Below are positions 9,212 through 19,362 of a stretch of DNA of 64,000 nucleotides, piece by piece; position 1 is the stretch's first letter, and each line of letters starts with the position of its first letter. Source of the DNA: Thermoplasmata archaeon. Lineage in GTDB: Archaea > Thermoplasmatota > Thermoplasmata > Methanomassiliicoccales > Methanomethylophilaceae. The notes below the pieces were generated by a model. That model worked only from the letters and a program-made list of their open reading frames with translations. It was not told the DNA's origin and ran no database searches. Location of the stretch: contig SUSV01000003.1 in NCBI GenBank assembly GCA_015063245.1, positions 98,751 to 162,750 of the forward strand, in the 5' to 3' direction. The translations under genes were made by a program, and so were the position numbers.

Positions 9212-9751
9212 TCAGCTGAAGGAGACGCCGTCCACCCCGACCAGCACGGTGGCGCTGATCCTTCCCTTGGCATCATGCATCTCGTTGAGGAGGTCCGCAG
9301 CAGGCTTGCAGGGGTAGTAGACCCTCGGTTTGATCCGGTCCGGCACCCCCTCGACGTTCAAAGCCAGGGATTTGATCACGCATTTCATCCTGTAATCGCA
9401 TTCCACATACGGGTCGAAGAAGAGGTTGTTGGTGAACCAGATGTAACCGCAGTCGTCATACTGGCTCTTATCCTCGTCGAGCACGTCGTGGCCCACTATC
9501 CTGCCCTTGCAGTCGACTATGTCCATGAACGGCTCGGTGAACATCGGGAACTCGTTCGAGCAGAACAAAATGAGCTTCAGGTCATAGGCGGATATGTCGA
9601 GCAGACCGACAGGGTCTATCGGCATGAAGCCGATGTTGAGAGGCGAGTACTCGATATCATACACCCTCTTCAGGAGCTCGTCGGTGAGCAGCTCTATACG
9701 TACAACACCGGGATGGAGGAGCAATGCCTTGGAGAAGTCGGAATACCGCAC
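9212..9751 (-). CDS. Hypothetical protein
   Basis: Open frame with host-like codon usage; GTG 9751 lies about 26 nt below a TTTTATC box (ATG 9787 alternative); no family recognised. Confidence 0.6.
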   Translation of the reverse strand: MRYSDFSKALLLHPGVVRIELLTDELLKRVYDIEYSPLNIGFMPIDPVGLLDISAYDLKLILFCSNEFPMFTEPFMDIVDCKGRIVGHDVLDEDKSQYDDCGYIWFTNNLFFDPYVECDYRMKCVIKSLALNVEGVPDRIKPRVYYPCKPAADLLNEMHDAKGRISATVLVGVDGVSFS

Positions 9752-9915
9752 GGAGGGGAGAGGGGTTCGAACGATAAAACTGGGCATTCTAATTGTGAAC
9801 TCTATTCATCCAACCGTTTCCGGGCCTGGTTTATAAATGGTCATAGCTGCCCCGATGCGGTGGCCCAGCCCGGCCGACGTCTCCTTTATTATCACGCACG
9901 CGTTAAGGAAGAAAC

Positions 9916-10155
9916 ATGGCTGTATTAGAGATCAGAATCGAACTCAAGAAAGGTGTCGCTGACCCTGAGGGAAAGAACACCAAGAAGACATTGGAATCAC
10001 TCGGATTCGAGGGAATCAAAGAGGTCAAGGCTATCAAGCTCTTCGAGATGGAGGTCGACCTTCCCGCGGACGAGGCGAAGAAGGCAGGCGAGGAGATGTG
10101 CAAGAAGCTCCTGGCCAACCCTGTGATCCAGAATTACAAAGTCACTGTGAGATGA
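9916..10155 (+). CDS. purS: Phosphoribosylformylglycinamidine synthase subunit PurS
   Basis: LKKGVADPEG...KLLANPVIQNY signature; first gene of purSLQ. Confidence 0.95.
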   Translation: MAVLEIRIELKKGVADPEGKNTKKTLESLGFEGIKEVKAIKLFEMEVDLPADEAKKAGEEMCKKLLANPVIQNYKVTVR

Positions 10156-10159
10156 TCCA

Positions 10160-12487
10160 ATGGCAGATCTGATGATCAAGCGCGATGTCCCGTTCCCGCT
10201 GTTCGACATCGCGATACTGGATGCCACCGACGACCAGCTGAAGCAGGTCTCATCGGATATGGCACTCGGTCTGTCCTTGGACGAGATGAAGGTCGTCCGC
10301 GATTACTTCAAGAAGGAGGGCAGGAACCCCACGGATGTGGAGCTGCAGTCCCTCGGACAGGCATGGAGCGAGCACTGCTGCTACAAGAGCAGCAAACCGA
10401 TCCTCAAGGAGTTCGTCTTCGGACTCGACAGGGACGATGTCCTTTCCAGAGGAGATGCCGGAGTGATGGTCTTCGATGACGACTACGGATACTGTCTGAG
10501 GATCGAGAGTCACAACCACCCCTCTGCGGTCGAGCCCTACGGAGGCGCCGCCACCGGAATCGGAGGTATCCTGAGGGATGTCGTGTGCATGGGAGCGCAG
10601 CCGATCGGACTCGCCGACCCCCTGTGCTTCGGACCTATAGATTACAAGGGTGAGGTCCCTCCGGGAACAAAGCACCCCAGATATCTCGTTAACGGTGTCG
10701 TATCCGGAATCAGGGACTACGGAAACCGTGTGGGGATCCCCACGATTACGGGAGGATTCTTCTTCGATGACAGCTACACAGGCAACTGCCTCGTGAACGT
10801 CGCATGCCTCGGAATCGTCAAAAGGAAGGATCTTGCAAACAACTTCGCCGGAGGACCCGGCGAGGTCATGATACTCATCGGAGGCCGTACCGGACGTGAC
10901 GGAATCCATGGAGTCAACTTCGCATCCGCGGACCTTACAGCCACCTCGGACGAGGACTCCAGGGGAGCAGTCCAGCTGGGAGACCCCATCACAAAGGAAC
11001 CTGTCATGCATGCATGCTTCGAGGTCAACGCCAAGCATCTCATCACGGGAATGAAGGACCTGGGCGGAGGCGGGCTCAGCTGCGTCGTCGGAGAGATGGC
11101 GCTGGATGCAGGCTGCGGAGCGGACGTGGACCTGGAGAAGGTCCCGCTCAAGGAGCCCGGCCTCGCACCATGGGAGATATGGGTCTCGGAGTCGCAGGAG
11201 CGTATGATGTGCACATGCAAGCCCGAGAATGTCGACAAGGTCCTGGAGATCTTCGAGATGTGGGACGTACTCGCCACACCCGTCGCGAGGACCACCGACA
11301 AGAAGCGCACGCGCCTGTTCTGGAACGGAGAGCTCATCTTCGATATGGACCTCGAGTTCCTCACCGGCGGACCCGTCTACAACAGGCCTTACACGCTTCC
11401 CACAGTCTCATCGAAGAAGAACGAGAAGTTCCCCAAGCTCCCGAAGGACAAGGAGGTCATCCTCAAGCTCCTGTCGGATTTCAACGTCGCATCGAAGGAG
11501 TGGGCCATCAGGCAGTACGACCACGAGGTCCGTGCGTCGACAGCCATCCACCCCATGGTCGGAGAGCTCAACAAGACCGGTCCCGGGGATGCATCCGTCC
11601 TCCTTCCGGTACCCGGAAGCAAGAGGGGACTGGCGGCGGCCATTGGATGCAACCCATGGTTCACAGAGGCCGATCCATACAAGGGCGGTATGACTGCCAT
11701 CGACGAGACATGCAGGAACCTCGTCGCTGTCGGAGCGATGCCCAACGCGTTCACGGACTGTCTCAACTTCGGAAACCCCGAGATCCCCGAGAGGCTCGGA
11801 GTGTTCAGGGAGGCGGTCAGAGGATTGGGAGAGATCGCAAGGGAGCTCAACATCCCCATCCCGTCAGGTAATGTCAGTCTCTACAACGAGGCGCCGGGAG
11901 GAAAGCACATCCTGCCCACCCCCATGCTCCTCGGATGCGGAATCATCGAGGACATAACGAAAGCGGTCACGGCCGACTTCAAGAAGGTCGGAAGCTGCAT
12001 CCTCATCGTCGGAAGGACGAAGGACGAGATGGGAGGATCGTTACTCTTCCGCAAGTTCGGTGGAGTAGAGGGAGATGTGCCCGGAGTGGACATCCCCGCG
12101 CTCAAGAGGAACATGGCCAACCTGCTCAAGGCGATGGACAAGAGGCTCGTGCTCAGCTGTCACGACTGTTCCGACGGAGGTCTCGCGATCGCAGTCGCCG
12201 AGATGTGCATCTCGGGACAGATCGGTGCCCAGATAGACCTGTCCGCCATGGACGGCGAGCTGAGCAGGAAGCTGTACTCCGAGAGCAACAGCCGCTGGAT
12301 CGTGGAGGTCGACGGAAAGGACGTCACCGAATTCATGGAGATCATGGGCGATGATGCCCAGCTCATCGGAATCACCAAGGGAGACTCCCTTGTCATCAAG
12401 GACAACGGAACCGAGATCCCCGTCGAGGAGATGAGGAAGGCATGGAACGATCCCATTTGGAACATCATGGGAGGTGCTTCACAATGA
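10160..12487 (+). CDS. purL: Phosphoribosylformylglycinamidine synthase subunit PurL
   Basis: WSEHCCYKS, ESHNHPSAVEPYGGAATGIGGILRD, DLGGGGL, SESQERM, SGNVSLYN. Confidence 0.97.
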   Translation: MADLMIKRDVPFPLFDIAILDATDDQLKQVSSDMALGLSLDEMKVVRDYFKKEGRNPTDVELQSLGQAWSEHCCYKSSKPILKEFVFGLDRDDVLSRGDAGVMVFDDDYGYCLRIESHNHPSAVEPYGGAATGIGGILRDVVCMGAQPIGLADPLCFGPIDYKGEVPPGTKHPRYLVNGVVSGIRDYGNRVGIPTITGGFFFDDSYTGNCLVNVACLGIVKRKDLANNFAGGPGEVMILIGGRTGRDGIHGVNFASADLTATSDEDSRGAVQLGDPITKEPVMHACFEVNAKHLITGMKDLGGGGLSCVVGEMALDAGCGADVDLEKVPLKEPGLAPWEIWVSESQERMMCTCKPENVDKVLEIFEMWDVLATPVARTTDKKRTRLFWNGELIFDMDLEFLTGGPVYNRPYTLPTVSSKKNEKFPKLPKDKEVILKLLSDFNVASKEWAIRQYDHEVRASTAIHPMVGELNKTGPGDASVLLPVPGSKRGLAAAIGCNPWFTEADPYKGGMTAIDETCRNLVAVGAMPNAFTDCLNFGNPEIPERLGVFREAVRGLGEIARELNIPIPSGNVSLYNEAPGGKHILPTPMLLGCGIIEDITKAVTADFKKVGSCILIVGRTKDEMGGSLLFRKFGGVEGDVPGVDIPALKRNMANLLKAMDKRLVLSCHDCSDGGLAIAVAEMCISGQIGAQIDLSAMDGELSRKLYSESNSRWIVEVDGKDVTEFMEIMGDDAQLIGITKGDSLVIKDNGTEIPVEEMRKAWNDPIWNIMGGASQ

Positions 12488-13302
12488 AGGCAGAGGATGT
12501 CAGGGTATGCGTCATACGCATCGAGGGAACCAACTGCGAGGATGAGATGGCCAATGCGTTCAGCATGGTCGGAGCGAAGGCGGAGAAGGTCCACCTCAAG
12601 CAGCTGATAGGACAGGCCCCGGAGGACATGAGGCGCAGCCTCGAGGACTACGACGTGCTCGCCGTCCCCGGAGGATTCTCGGCAGGAGACTACGTCCGTG
12701 CGGGAGCTATCTTCGCCGCGAGGATCAAGGCGGCCATCGGAAGCGATGTCAAGAGGTTCGTCGAGGCAGGAAAGCCCGTCATCGGAGTGTGCAACGGATT
12801 CCAGATCCTTGTGGAGCTCGGATTGCTCCCTGCGATCGAGAACGTCATGGACGATGAGCCCCAGGCCGCATTGTACAACAACGACTCCGGAAGGTTCGAG
12901 TGCCGTCCCACTGTTCTCAGGAACGACAACAGGGGCAAGTGCATATTCACCAGCAAGATCCCGGAGAAGAAGACGCTGATGATCCCTTCCGCCCACGGAG
13001 AGGGAAAGCTGCTCAGCATGGATCCCGACTTCGTCCAGAAGCTGGAGGATAACGATCAGATCGTCTTCAGGTACGTCTGTCCCGACGGGTCGGACGCGTG
13101 CTATCCCTGGAACCCCAACGGATCCCAGTCGGATGTCGCAGGAATCTGCAACCCCGCAGGCAACGTCATGGGGATGATGCCCCATCCGGAACGTGTGATG
13201 ACAAGGTTCACCCACCCGGACTGGACAAGGGGTTACGACACAGAGGAAGGGGACGGAAGATGTGTCTTCGAATCTGTGATGAAATATCTTGAGAAATTCT
13301 GA
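12484..13302 (+). CDS. purQ: Phosphoribosylformylglycinamidine synthase subunit PurQ
   Basis: GTNCE, PGGFSAGDY, GVCNGFQIL nucleophile, MMPHPER triad; ATGA overlap with purL. Confidence 0.96.
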   Translation: MKAEDVRVCVIRIEGTNCEDEMANAFSMVGAKAEKVHLKQLIGQAPEDMRRSLEDYDVLAVPGGFSAGDYVRAGAIFAARIKAAIGSDVKRFVEAGKPVIGVCNGFQILVELGLLPAIENVMDDEPQAALYNNDSGRFECRPTVLRNDNRGKCIFTSKIPEKKTLMIPSAHGEGKLLSMDPDFVQKLEDNDQIVFRYVCPDGSDACYPWNPNGSQSDVAGICNPAGNVMGMMPHPERVMTRFTHPDWTRGYDTEEGDGRCVFESVMKYLEKF

Positions 13303-13335
13303 AGGGGATGGGGGTAACCCCTTCCCTGATTTTTT
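13301..13335 (+). terminator. Hairpin terminator between convergent purQ and riboflavin kinase
   Basis: GAAGGGG(13301-7)/CCCCTTC(13318-24) then TTTTTT. Confidence 0.55.
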
Positions 13336-13346
13336 GATCGATGCGG

Positions 13347-14003
13347 TCAGAGGCTGACCTTGACGTCGACCCTGTCGCCGTCGCTCATGCTGAGGGTCCT
13401 CCTCATGCTGCACGGGGCGATGATCTCCAGGATGTCCGCGTAATGGGACCTCTCCGGGACGATGATCGCACAGTCGATGTTGTGAATCTTCGCCTTGTAC
13501 GCTATGACGTTTCCGAAGCTCCTGCCCTCGTTGCTGAATCCCTCGATGAGGATCCCGGCCGTGCTCCGGATGATGTCCAGCTTACCGATCTCTTCAGGAT
13601 AGATGCGGACGTTGAACGTCCCCTGGAATGGCTCGAAGCCGAGTTTGGACTTGAACTGCGTGAGATATCCTTCCTGGCAGATGTAGTAGCCGCCCTCCCC
13701 CATCCCGGAAGTGACCTCTCCGCGGATGCTGATATGGTCCGTACGCTCGAAGATACGGCGGTACTCCGTATACTCCTTCTTCATCTCCTCTACGCCTTTC
13801 TGGGTGATTTTGATGCGCTGCTTCCTGGTACCGAGGTCCCTGGTGATGTATTGATAATCGATGAGTTCCAGAATCCTCTTGGATGCGGACTGCTGGCTCA
13901 TCTCCAGAGCTTCACCTAGTTCCCTGGAGGATATGGATATGTAATCGTCGAGAGCGCCCATCAGTGCTAGCTTACGAAGGGCAAAAGCGAACTTCTCATC
14001 CAT
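13347..14003 (-). CDS. ribK: CTP-dependent riboflavin kinase with N-terminal winged helix (RbkR type)
   Basis: SSRELGEALEMSQQSASKRI HTH; GEVTSGMGEGGYY, PFQGTFN, ERSHY, EIIAP kinase motifs; ATG 14003. Confidence 0.92.
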   Translation of the reverse strand: MDEKFAFALRKLALMGALDDYISISSRELGEALEMSQQSASKRILELIDYQYITRDLGTRKQRIKITQKGVEEMKKEYTEYRRIFERTDHISIRGEVTSGMGEGGYYICQEGYLTQFKSKLGFEPFQGTFNVRIYPEEIGKLDIIRSTAGILIEGFSNEGRSFGNVIAYKAKIHNIDCAIIVPERSHYADILEIIAPCSMRRTLSMSDGDRVDVKVSL

Positions 14004-14094
14004 GAGGCAATTAATGGGAATTACCAATAAAAAAGTTGATGTGTCTGGTCTAAAAATATTAAAGTTAGGTCCTTTCGGACCTGATTTGGGTTTT

Positions 14095-14463
14095 TCAGAT
14101 GATCCTGTTCGTCTCGACGTAGTCCTTTGTTCCGGAGCTGTTTGCGAACACGATGCAAATGAATCCGAGAATCACAAGGATGACAGCGAAGACAATCATC
14201 ATCGCACCGAAGTAGGCCGCGACAATTGAGAACGCGATCGCCAATACAGTGAGAACGAGTATTGTCGATGCCTTAACGGGGCTGTATGCGGAGAAACATC
14301 CGCCGACTGCGAAGAACATCATCGCTACGGCCATGTCCGCTCCGACGAGAGGGGCGTCGTCGATATCTCCGTTCCATGCAAAGATCATCGCAACGAATGC
14401 GATGAGCGCACCGATGAAGGCAACGGCCATCCCCAATTTCATCATACTGGGCGTTTCGCTCAT
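14095..14463 (-). CDS. Small 4-TM membrane protein
   Basis: Four hydrophobic segments. Confidence 0.7.
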   Translation of the reverse strand: MSETPSMMKLGMAVAFIGALIAFVAMIFAWNGDIDDAPLVGADMAVAMMFFAVGGCFSAYSPVKASTILVLTVLAIAFSIVAAYFGAMMIVFAVILVILGFICIVFANSSGTKDYVETNRII

Positions 14464-14521
14464 TTTCTTACCGCCCTGTTATCTTATTCCCTTTTTTAAA
14501 AGGTTGGGTGGATGTATGCGT

Positions 14522-15088
14522 TCATTCGCGGTTGACTACCATCGATATGCCCTGGATGATGAGCCAAGCGCAGGCGCACATGGAGCCAATGACCTCTATC
14601 CCCGATTTGTTGAACTCAGGAACGGACAACAATACGATGGTGATGGCCAGTACGGTCGCTGCTACGGTAACCTTCTTCCTCTTGGAGACATCCGAGACGA
14701 GGGTCATGAATATCGTCACGGAGAGCATGACGAAGTAGGCCGTGGCCACATAGGCATGGATCTGATAGCTCTCATTGAAGATGCCGACTCCGCACAGGAA
14801 CAGCCCCGAGATCATGAACGGGATGCCGGTCTTCCTGTCGAGGTTCGAGGACGCCAGCGTCTTCCACAGACCGAGGAGAGCGATCAGGATCCCGCTGAAG
14901 ACGCATGTGAAGTTGAATATGTATGCGGACGTCTGATTGTAGGAGACGCCCAGATCCGACAGCATGTTCTCGTTGAATGTCCAGAATCCGTCGGCGATTA
15001 TGGCCGCAGCGAAGGAGAAAGGCATGGCTATTCCTAGCACTATGAAGAGTGCTGCTACTATGATGACAGTCCTCCCTGTGTTCGCCAT
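14522..15088 (-). CDS. DUF998-like membrane protein
   Basis: ENMLSDLG, IFNFTC, VGIFNES...HAYVA pattern; about 6 TM segments. Confidence 0.7.
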   Translation of the reverse strand: MANTGRTVIIVAALFIVLGIAMPFSFAAAIIADGFWTFNENMLSDLGVSYNQTSAYIFNFTCVFSGILIALLGLWKTLASSNLDRKTGIPFMISGLFLCGVGIFNESYQIHAYVATAYFVMLSVTIFMTLVSDVSKRKKVTVAATVLAITIVLLSVPEFNKSGIEVIGSMCACAWLIIQGISMVVNRE

Positions 15089-15153
15089 GAAGATAACTAC
15101 GCGTTGATTTTATATGGATTTTCTGTGATGATAGTCAGCAAATCGGTGAGATT

Positions 15154-15918
15154 ATGAAATTCCTGTTTTTCGTCGGTACGGCTGGTAGCGGAAAGAGCAC
15201 CCTTGTCGGAGCATTCAAGCAATGGTGCGATGACGCCGGAGTGGACACGGTCGTGGTCAACATGGATCCCGGAGCGGACGCTCTCCCGTACTCGGCTGAT
15301 GTGGACATCAGGGAATGGATCTCACTGGACGAGGTCATGAAAGAGTACAACCTCGGACCCAACGGTGCACAGATCGTCGCAGCCGACCTCATGGCCGTGA
15401 ACATCAACAAGATGCAGGACATCATCCAGGGATATGACGTGGACTACGTTCTCGTGGACACCCCCGGACAGCTAGAACTGTTCGCTTTCAGGGAGTCCTC
15501 CAACGTGCTGGTGGACTCTTTCGGAAGGGAGGATTCGCTGCTCATCTACCTGTCGGATCCCTCGCTCTGCAAATCCCCCAACGGTTTCGTCACAGCGATG
15601 ACCTTGGGCGCGCTGGCTCAGTTCAGATTGCAGCTCCCGATGCTCAATCTCCTGTCGAAGGCGGACACCCTTTCGGAGGATGACGAGCAGAGGATGCTCG
15701 ATTGGTATTCCGTTCCCGACGCGCTCTACGGCGATCTGCTCGATGCGGATATGAATCCCGAGACCGTGGTGGGCATGGAGCTATTCAAGGCGATGGAGAA
15801 CACAGGTGTCTTTGGGGAGATCCGTTCGGTATCGGCAGAGACCAACGAGGGTCTCGAGGAGATTTACGCCGCGGCGCAGCTCGTGTTCTTCGGCGGTGAG
15901 GACACAGAGAAGAGCTGA
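15154..15918 (+). CDS. GPN-loop GTPase
   Basis: GTAGSGKST P-loop, NMDPG, LGPNG (GPN loop), DTPGQLE. Confidence 0.92.
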   Translation: MKFLFFVGTAGSGKSTLVGAFKQWCDDAGVDTVVVNMDPGADALPYSADVDIREWISLDEVMKEYNLGPNGAQIVAADLMAVNINKMQDIIQGYDVDYVLVDTPGQLELFAFRESSNVLVDSFGREDSLLIYLSDPSLCKSPNGFVTAMTLGALAQFRLQLPMLNLLSKADTLSEDDEQRMLDWYSVPDALYGDLLDADMNPETVVGMELFKAMENTGVFGEIRSVSAETNEGLEEIYAAAQLVFFGGEDTEKS

Positions 15919-15947
15919 GTCCGATTTTATTCTAAAACTTTAAAATA

Positions 15948-15965
15948 AAGGGGCGGAAGCCCCTT
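15948..15965. terminator. Hairpin between convergent GPN GTPase and pan
   Basis: AAGGGG/CCCCTT stem with A-rich flank (T-rich on minus strand). Confidence 0.45.
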
Positions 15966-15973
15966 GAAATGTT

Positions 15974-17218
15974 TCACTGGAACATGTATGCGGGTACAGG
16001 GTTGCCCTTGCCCCTTCCCGCTTCCATGACCTTCTCCTTCGCCTTGACGAAGTCATCCTCGGATGCCTTGTCGCGGCCGTCCCTGATGGCGAGCATTCCG
16101 GCCTCTGTACAGAGGTTCTTGATCTCGGCACCCGAGAGCCCCTCGGTCATGTCCGCGAGCTTCTTCGCATTGATCTTCTTGTCGATGTTCATGTGCTTGA
16201 TGTTGATCGAGAAGATCTGCTCCCTGGCCTCCACATCGGGGAGTCCGACATCGATGATACGGTCGAATCTTCCGGGCCTGAGGAGCGCATCGTCCAGGAT
16301 ATCGGGCCTGTTGGTCGCTCCGATGATCTTGACATCCCTGATCTTCGTGAATCCGTCCAGCTCGGAAAGGAGCTGCATGAGGGTCCTCTGGACCTCCCTG
16401 TCTCCGGATGTCGCAACATCGAGCCTCTTCGCACCGACGGAGTCGAGCTCGTCGATGAAGATGATACTCGGCGCCTTCTGCTTGGCGAGGTCGAACAGGT
16501 CGCGTACGAGCCTTGCTCCCTCTCCGATGTACTTCTGGACCAGTTCGGATCCGACGAGCCTGATGAAGGTAGCATTGGTGGCGTTTGCCACTGCTTTCGC
16601 CATGAGGGTCTTTCCGGTTCCGGGCGGTCCGACGAGCAGGACTCCCTTCGGGGGTTCGATTCCGACCTTCTCGTAAAGCTCGGGCCTGAGCAACGGGTCT
16701 TCCACGGCTTCACGGAGTTCTAGCATCTGCTGTTTGAGTCCTCCGATGTCCTCGTACTTGACATCGGGCTTGTCCACGACCTCCGCACCGGATACGATCG
16801 GGTCGACGGTGGCGGGGATGACCTCCATGACGGCCAGGGTCTGCTTGTTGAGGGTGACCCTGGATCCGGGGACAAGTGTCTTCGGGTCGATGTAATCTGA
16901 TATCGCAACAACGAAATCGGGTCCTGTCGAACTCTTGACGACCACGCGGTTGTTGGGAAGGACGTCCCTGAGCGAACCGACTATCAGCGGAGGCGTCTTG
17001 AGCCTCTCCATCTCTCCCCTGATCCTAGCCAGGTCCTTCTGGAGTCTGAAGAGCTCTCCTTCCGCGTAACGCTTCTCGTTCTCTGCGTTGCGGAGATCCT
17101 CCATCAATTTGACGTTCCTGTCCTCAAGAGTTACGATCTTCGCTTTGAGCTCGGCAACTTCGTCATCCATGACGGTGTCGACCTCTTTTCTCTCCATGAT
17201 CGTTTCATCGTTGCTCAT
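15974..17218 (-). CDS. pan: Proteasome-activating nucleotidase
   Basis: N-terminal coiled coil, OB domain, GPPGTGKT, ELVQKYIGEG pore loop, DREVQRTLMQLL, RPGRFDR. Confidence 0.96.
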   Translation of the reverse strand: MSNDETIMERKEVDTVMDDEVAELKAKIVTLEDRNVKLMEDLRNAENEKRYAEGELFRLQKDLARIRGEMERLKTPPLIVGSLRDVLPNNRVVVKSSTGPDFVVAISDYIDPKTLVPGSRVTLNKQTLAVMEVIPATVDPIVSGAEVVDKPDVKYEDIGGLKQQMLELREAVEDPLLRPELYEKVGIEPPKGVLLVGPPGTGKTLMAKAVANATNATFIRLVGSELVQKYIGEGARLVRDLFDLAKQKAPSIIFIDELDSVGAKRLDVATSGDREVQRTLMQLLSELDGFTKIRDVKIIGATNRPDILDDALLRPGRFDRIIDVGLPDVEAREQIFSINIKHMNIDKKINAKKLADMTEGLSGAEIKNLCTEAGMLAIRDGRDKASEDDFVKAKEKVMEAGRGKGNPVPAYMFQ

Positions 17219-17317
17219 TGTTTCAGATAAAGATGCACTTCCCTATAATAGTTATCTGAAAGGCGTTCGAAAATACTAACGTAAACTCTTATCTACACCT
17301 CCGATGATTGAGCCATC

Positions 17318-17806
17318 ATGATCTGCGAGATGTGCGGAAAGGAAGTCCCGGTGACGAAGACCGTCATCGTGGAAGGAAGTAGGTTGAACGTCTGCCCCAA
17401 CTGCGCTAGGTTCGGAGAGGACTACAGGGCGAATCAGAGCGGAGCTCCTATGTCATCCTCGGTCATCGAGCAGAGATTGGAGAAGAGGGAGAGGAGGATG
17501 AAGACTAAGGACATCTATTCTGGCTCATCCTCGACCGAGCTCGTGGACGACTTCGGAGGCGTCATCAGGGAGGCCCGTGAGGCCAAGGGGATGGACCTTG
17601 AGAAGTTCTCAGCATCCATCCAGGAGAAGAAGGGAACCATCTCCAAGATCGAGGCCAATGCGCTGATCCCTAACGACAAGCTGATCAAGAAGATCGAGAA
17701 GGCTCTCGGGATCAAGCTGACCGAGACCGTTCAGTCCGGGGTCACAGTCGGCGGAGGGAACAACTCCAACAAGATGACGCTCGGAAACTTCATCAAGAAG
17801 GAATGA
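17318..17806 (+). CDS. mbf1: Archaeal multiprotein bridging factor aMBF1
   Basis: CEMCG...CPNC Zn ribbon, HTH (IREAREAKG), C-terminal TLGNF; divergent from pan, a known neighbourhood. Confidence 0.92.
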   Translation: MICEMCGKEVPVTKTVIVEGSRLNVCPNCARFGEDYRANQSGAPMSSSVIEQRLEKRERRMKTKDIYSGSSSTELVDDFGGVIREAREAKGMDLEKFSASIQEKKGTISKIEANALIPNDKLIKKIEKALGIKLTETVQSGVTVGGGNNSNKMTLGNFIKKE

Positions 17807-18316
17807 TCAGTTAGAACATACGCCGTCGTACACCTTTCCGATGTACGGGCCGATGTCGATACCGTTGTCCCTGAGAACTATCAATGCAGCTGCCGCTATG
17901 TCGATGCCCAGACGCTTCTGTATCTTGGAGCACGAGGGAACGAAGTCCCTCGCCTGCATGCCGTTCTTTATGGCGACATCCATGAGGATGTGGAACAGGT
18001 CGGGCTCCGCCTCCTTTTTCGGCTCCTGCGGTCTGGAAGCAGGTGCTGGCTCATGTATCATCTTGAGGAGCTCCGGGGACGGTCTGTATGCCAGCGGGAT
18101 GTCCAGTCCGCTGAGGTCCGCGGCAGTGCGCACGAAATCGCCCCTCTTGTTGAGGATCCCCTTTTCCAGGAGCATCTTCAGGAGGAGCTTGGAGTCCGAC
18201 GGGGACATCCATTTGAGCTCGAGCGAGGAGGTCATGACGAATTCCTCGGGGGTGGTCACGTCTTTCCCGATGCTGCGGAAGAATGCCGCTGCACACATCG
18301 TTGCCTCGTCTGCCAT
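17807..18316 (-). CDS. DUF2240-like conserved archaeal protein
   Basis: SLELKWMSPSDSKLLL and IPLAYRPS pattern. Confidence 0.7.
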   Translation of the reverse strand: MADEATMCAAAFFRSIGKDVTTPEEFVMTSSLELKWMSPSDSKLLLKMLLEKGILNKRGDFVRTAADLSGLDIPLAYRPSPELLKMIHEPAPASRPQEPKKEAEPDLFHILMDVAIKNGMQARDFVPSCSKIQKRLGIDIAAAALIVLRDNGIDIGPYIGKVYDGVCSN

Positions 18317-18465
18317 GGTACCCTCATCACGCCCGATTCTAATATCATTTTCGGGTTTCCTCGCGCGCGCGTTTTTTGATATATATACTAACTATAAAAT
18401 AAGGGCACACCAAAGTATTATAAACAAGACCCTACTACACGGCACTATCCTGTATGGTGACTTAT

Positions 18466-18645
18466 ATGACAACCAGTAAGTACACAAGATTCGAGAAAGC
18501 AAGGATCATCGGAGCGAGGGCACTGCAGATCTCATACGGCGCGCCCGTACTCACGGACTACCCGGAGGATATGCTTGACCCTATCGATATCGCCATGCTG
18601 GAGTTCGACCAGGATCTCATTCCGATCTCGGTCGTCAAGAATTGA
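18466..18645 (+). CDS. rpo6: DNA-directed RNA polymerase subunit Rpo6 (K)
   Basis: [29 protein letters not shown] before ATG 18466. Confidence 0.95.
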   Translation: MTTSKYTRFEKARIIGARALQISYGAPVLTDYPEDMLDPIDIAMLEFDQDLIPISVVKN

Positions 18646-18660
18646 AATTGAGGTAATATC

Positions 18661-19290
18661 ATGAGTGAAGAGGAAACATTCGTAGCACCGGGAACAGAGC
18701 TCCTGGTCGAAGAGGACATCTACCTTACATCCGGAGTCCACATCGGAACACAGCAGAAATCCGCTGACATGAAGGACTTCATCTACAAGGTCAGGCAGGA
18801 CGGACTTTACGTTCTCGATGTCAAGAAGACAGACGACAGGCTCAGGGATGCAGCAGCATTCCTCGCAAGGTTCGATTCCAAGAGGATCCTCGTTGTTTCC
18901 GCAAGGCAGTACGGACAGAAGCCCGCAAGGGAGTTCTCCAAGGCAATCGGAGCACCCGCATTCGCAGGCCGTTTCGTCCCCGGAACACTCACCAACCCCA
19001 TGAACCCCGCTTTCATCGAGCCCGAGGTCCTTGTCGTCACAGACCCCGCAGCCGACAAGCAGGCGCTCAACGAGGCACTCAACCTCGGAATCCCGATCGT
19101 CGCACTGTGCGATGCAAACAACGAGACCAGGAACGTCGACCTCGTCATCCCCACCAACAACAAGGGAAGGCGTGCACTCGCATGCGTCTACTGGATCCTC
19201 GCAAGGGAAGTCCTCACCAGGCGCGGTGACCTCAAGGACCCCAACGACTTCCAGTTGTCCATCGACGACTTCGAAGCAAAGCTCATCTGA
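18661..19290 (+). CDS. rps2: 30S ribosomal protein uS2
   Basis: [32 protein letters not shown]. Confidence 0.97.
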   Translation: MSEEETFVAPGTELLVEEDIYLTSGVHIGTQQKSADMKDFIYKVRQDGLYVLDVKKTDDRLRDAAAFLARFDSKRILVVSARQYGQKPAREFSKAIGAPAFAGRFVPGTLTNPMNPAFIEPEVLVVTDPAADKQALNEALNLGIPIVALCDANNETRNVDLVIPTNNKGRRALACVYWILAREVLTRRGDLKDPNDFQLSIDDFEAKLI

Positions 19291-19305
19291 GTTCTCAAAC
19301 TTCAC

Positions 19306-19331
19306 AGCCCCTTCGGGGGCTCTACTCTTTA
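19306..19331 (+). terminator. UUCG-tetraloop hairpin terminator after rps2
   Basis: AGCCCC-TTCG-GGGGCT then CTACTCTTTA. Confidence 0.6.
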
Positions 19332-19362
19332 TTATCCAGTATCGATTGACGGTTCACTTTCG

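Noticed and set aside
9840-9880. ZTP or purine riboswitch upstream of purS (also checked upstream of purH)
   Set aside because: GC-rich and foldable, but the conserved ZTP or purine aptamer motifs are not present on the coding strand
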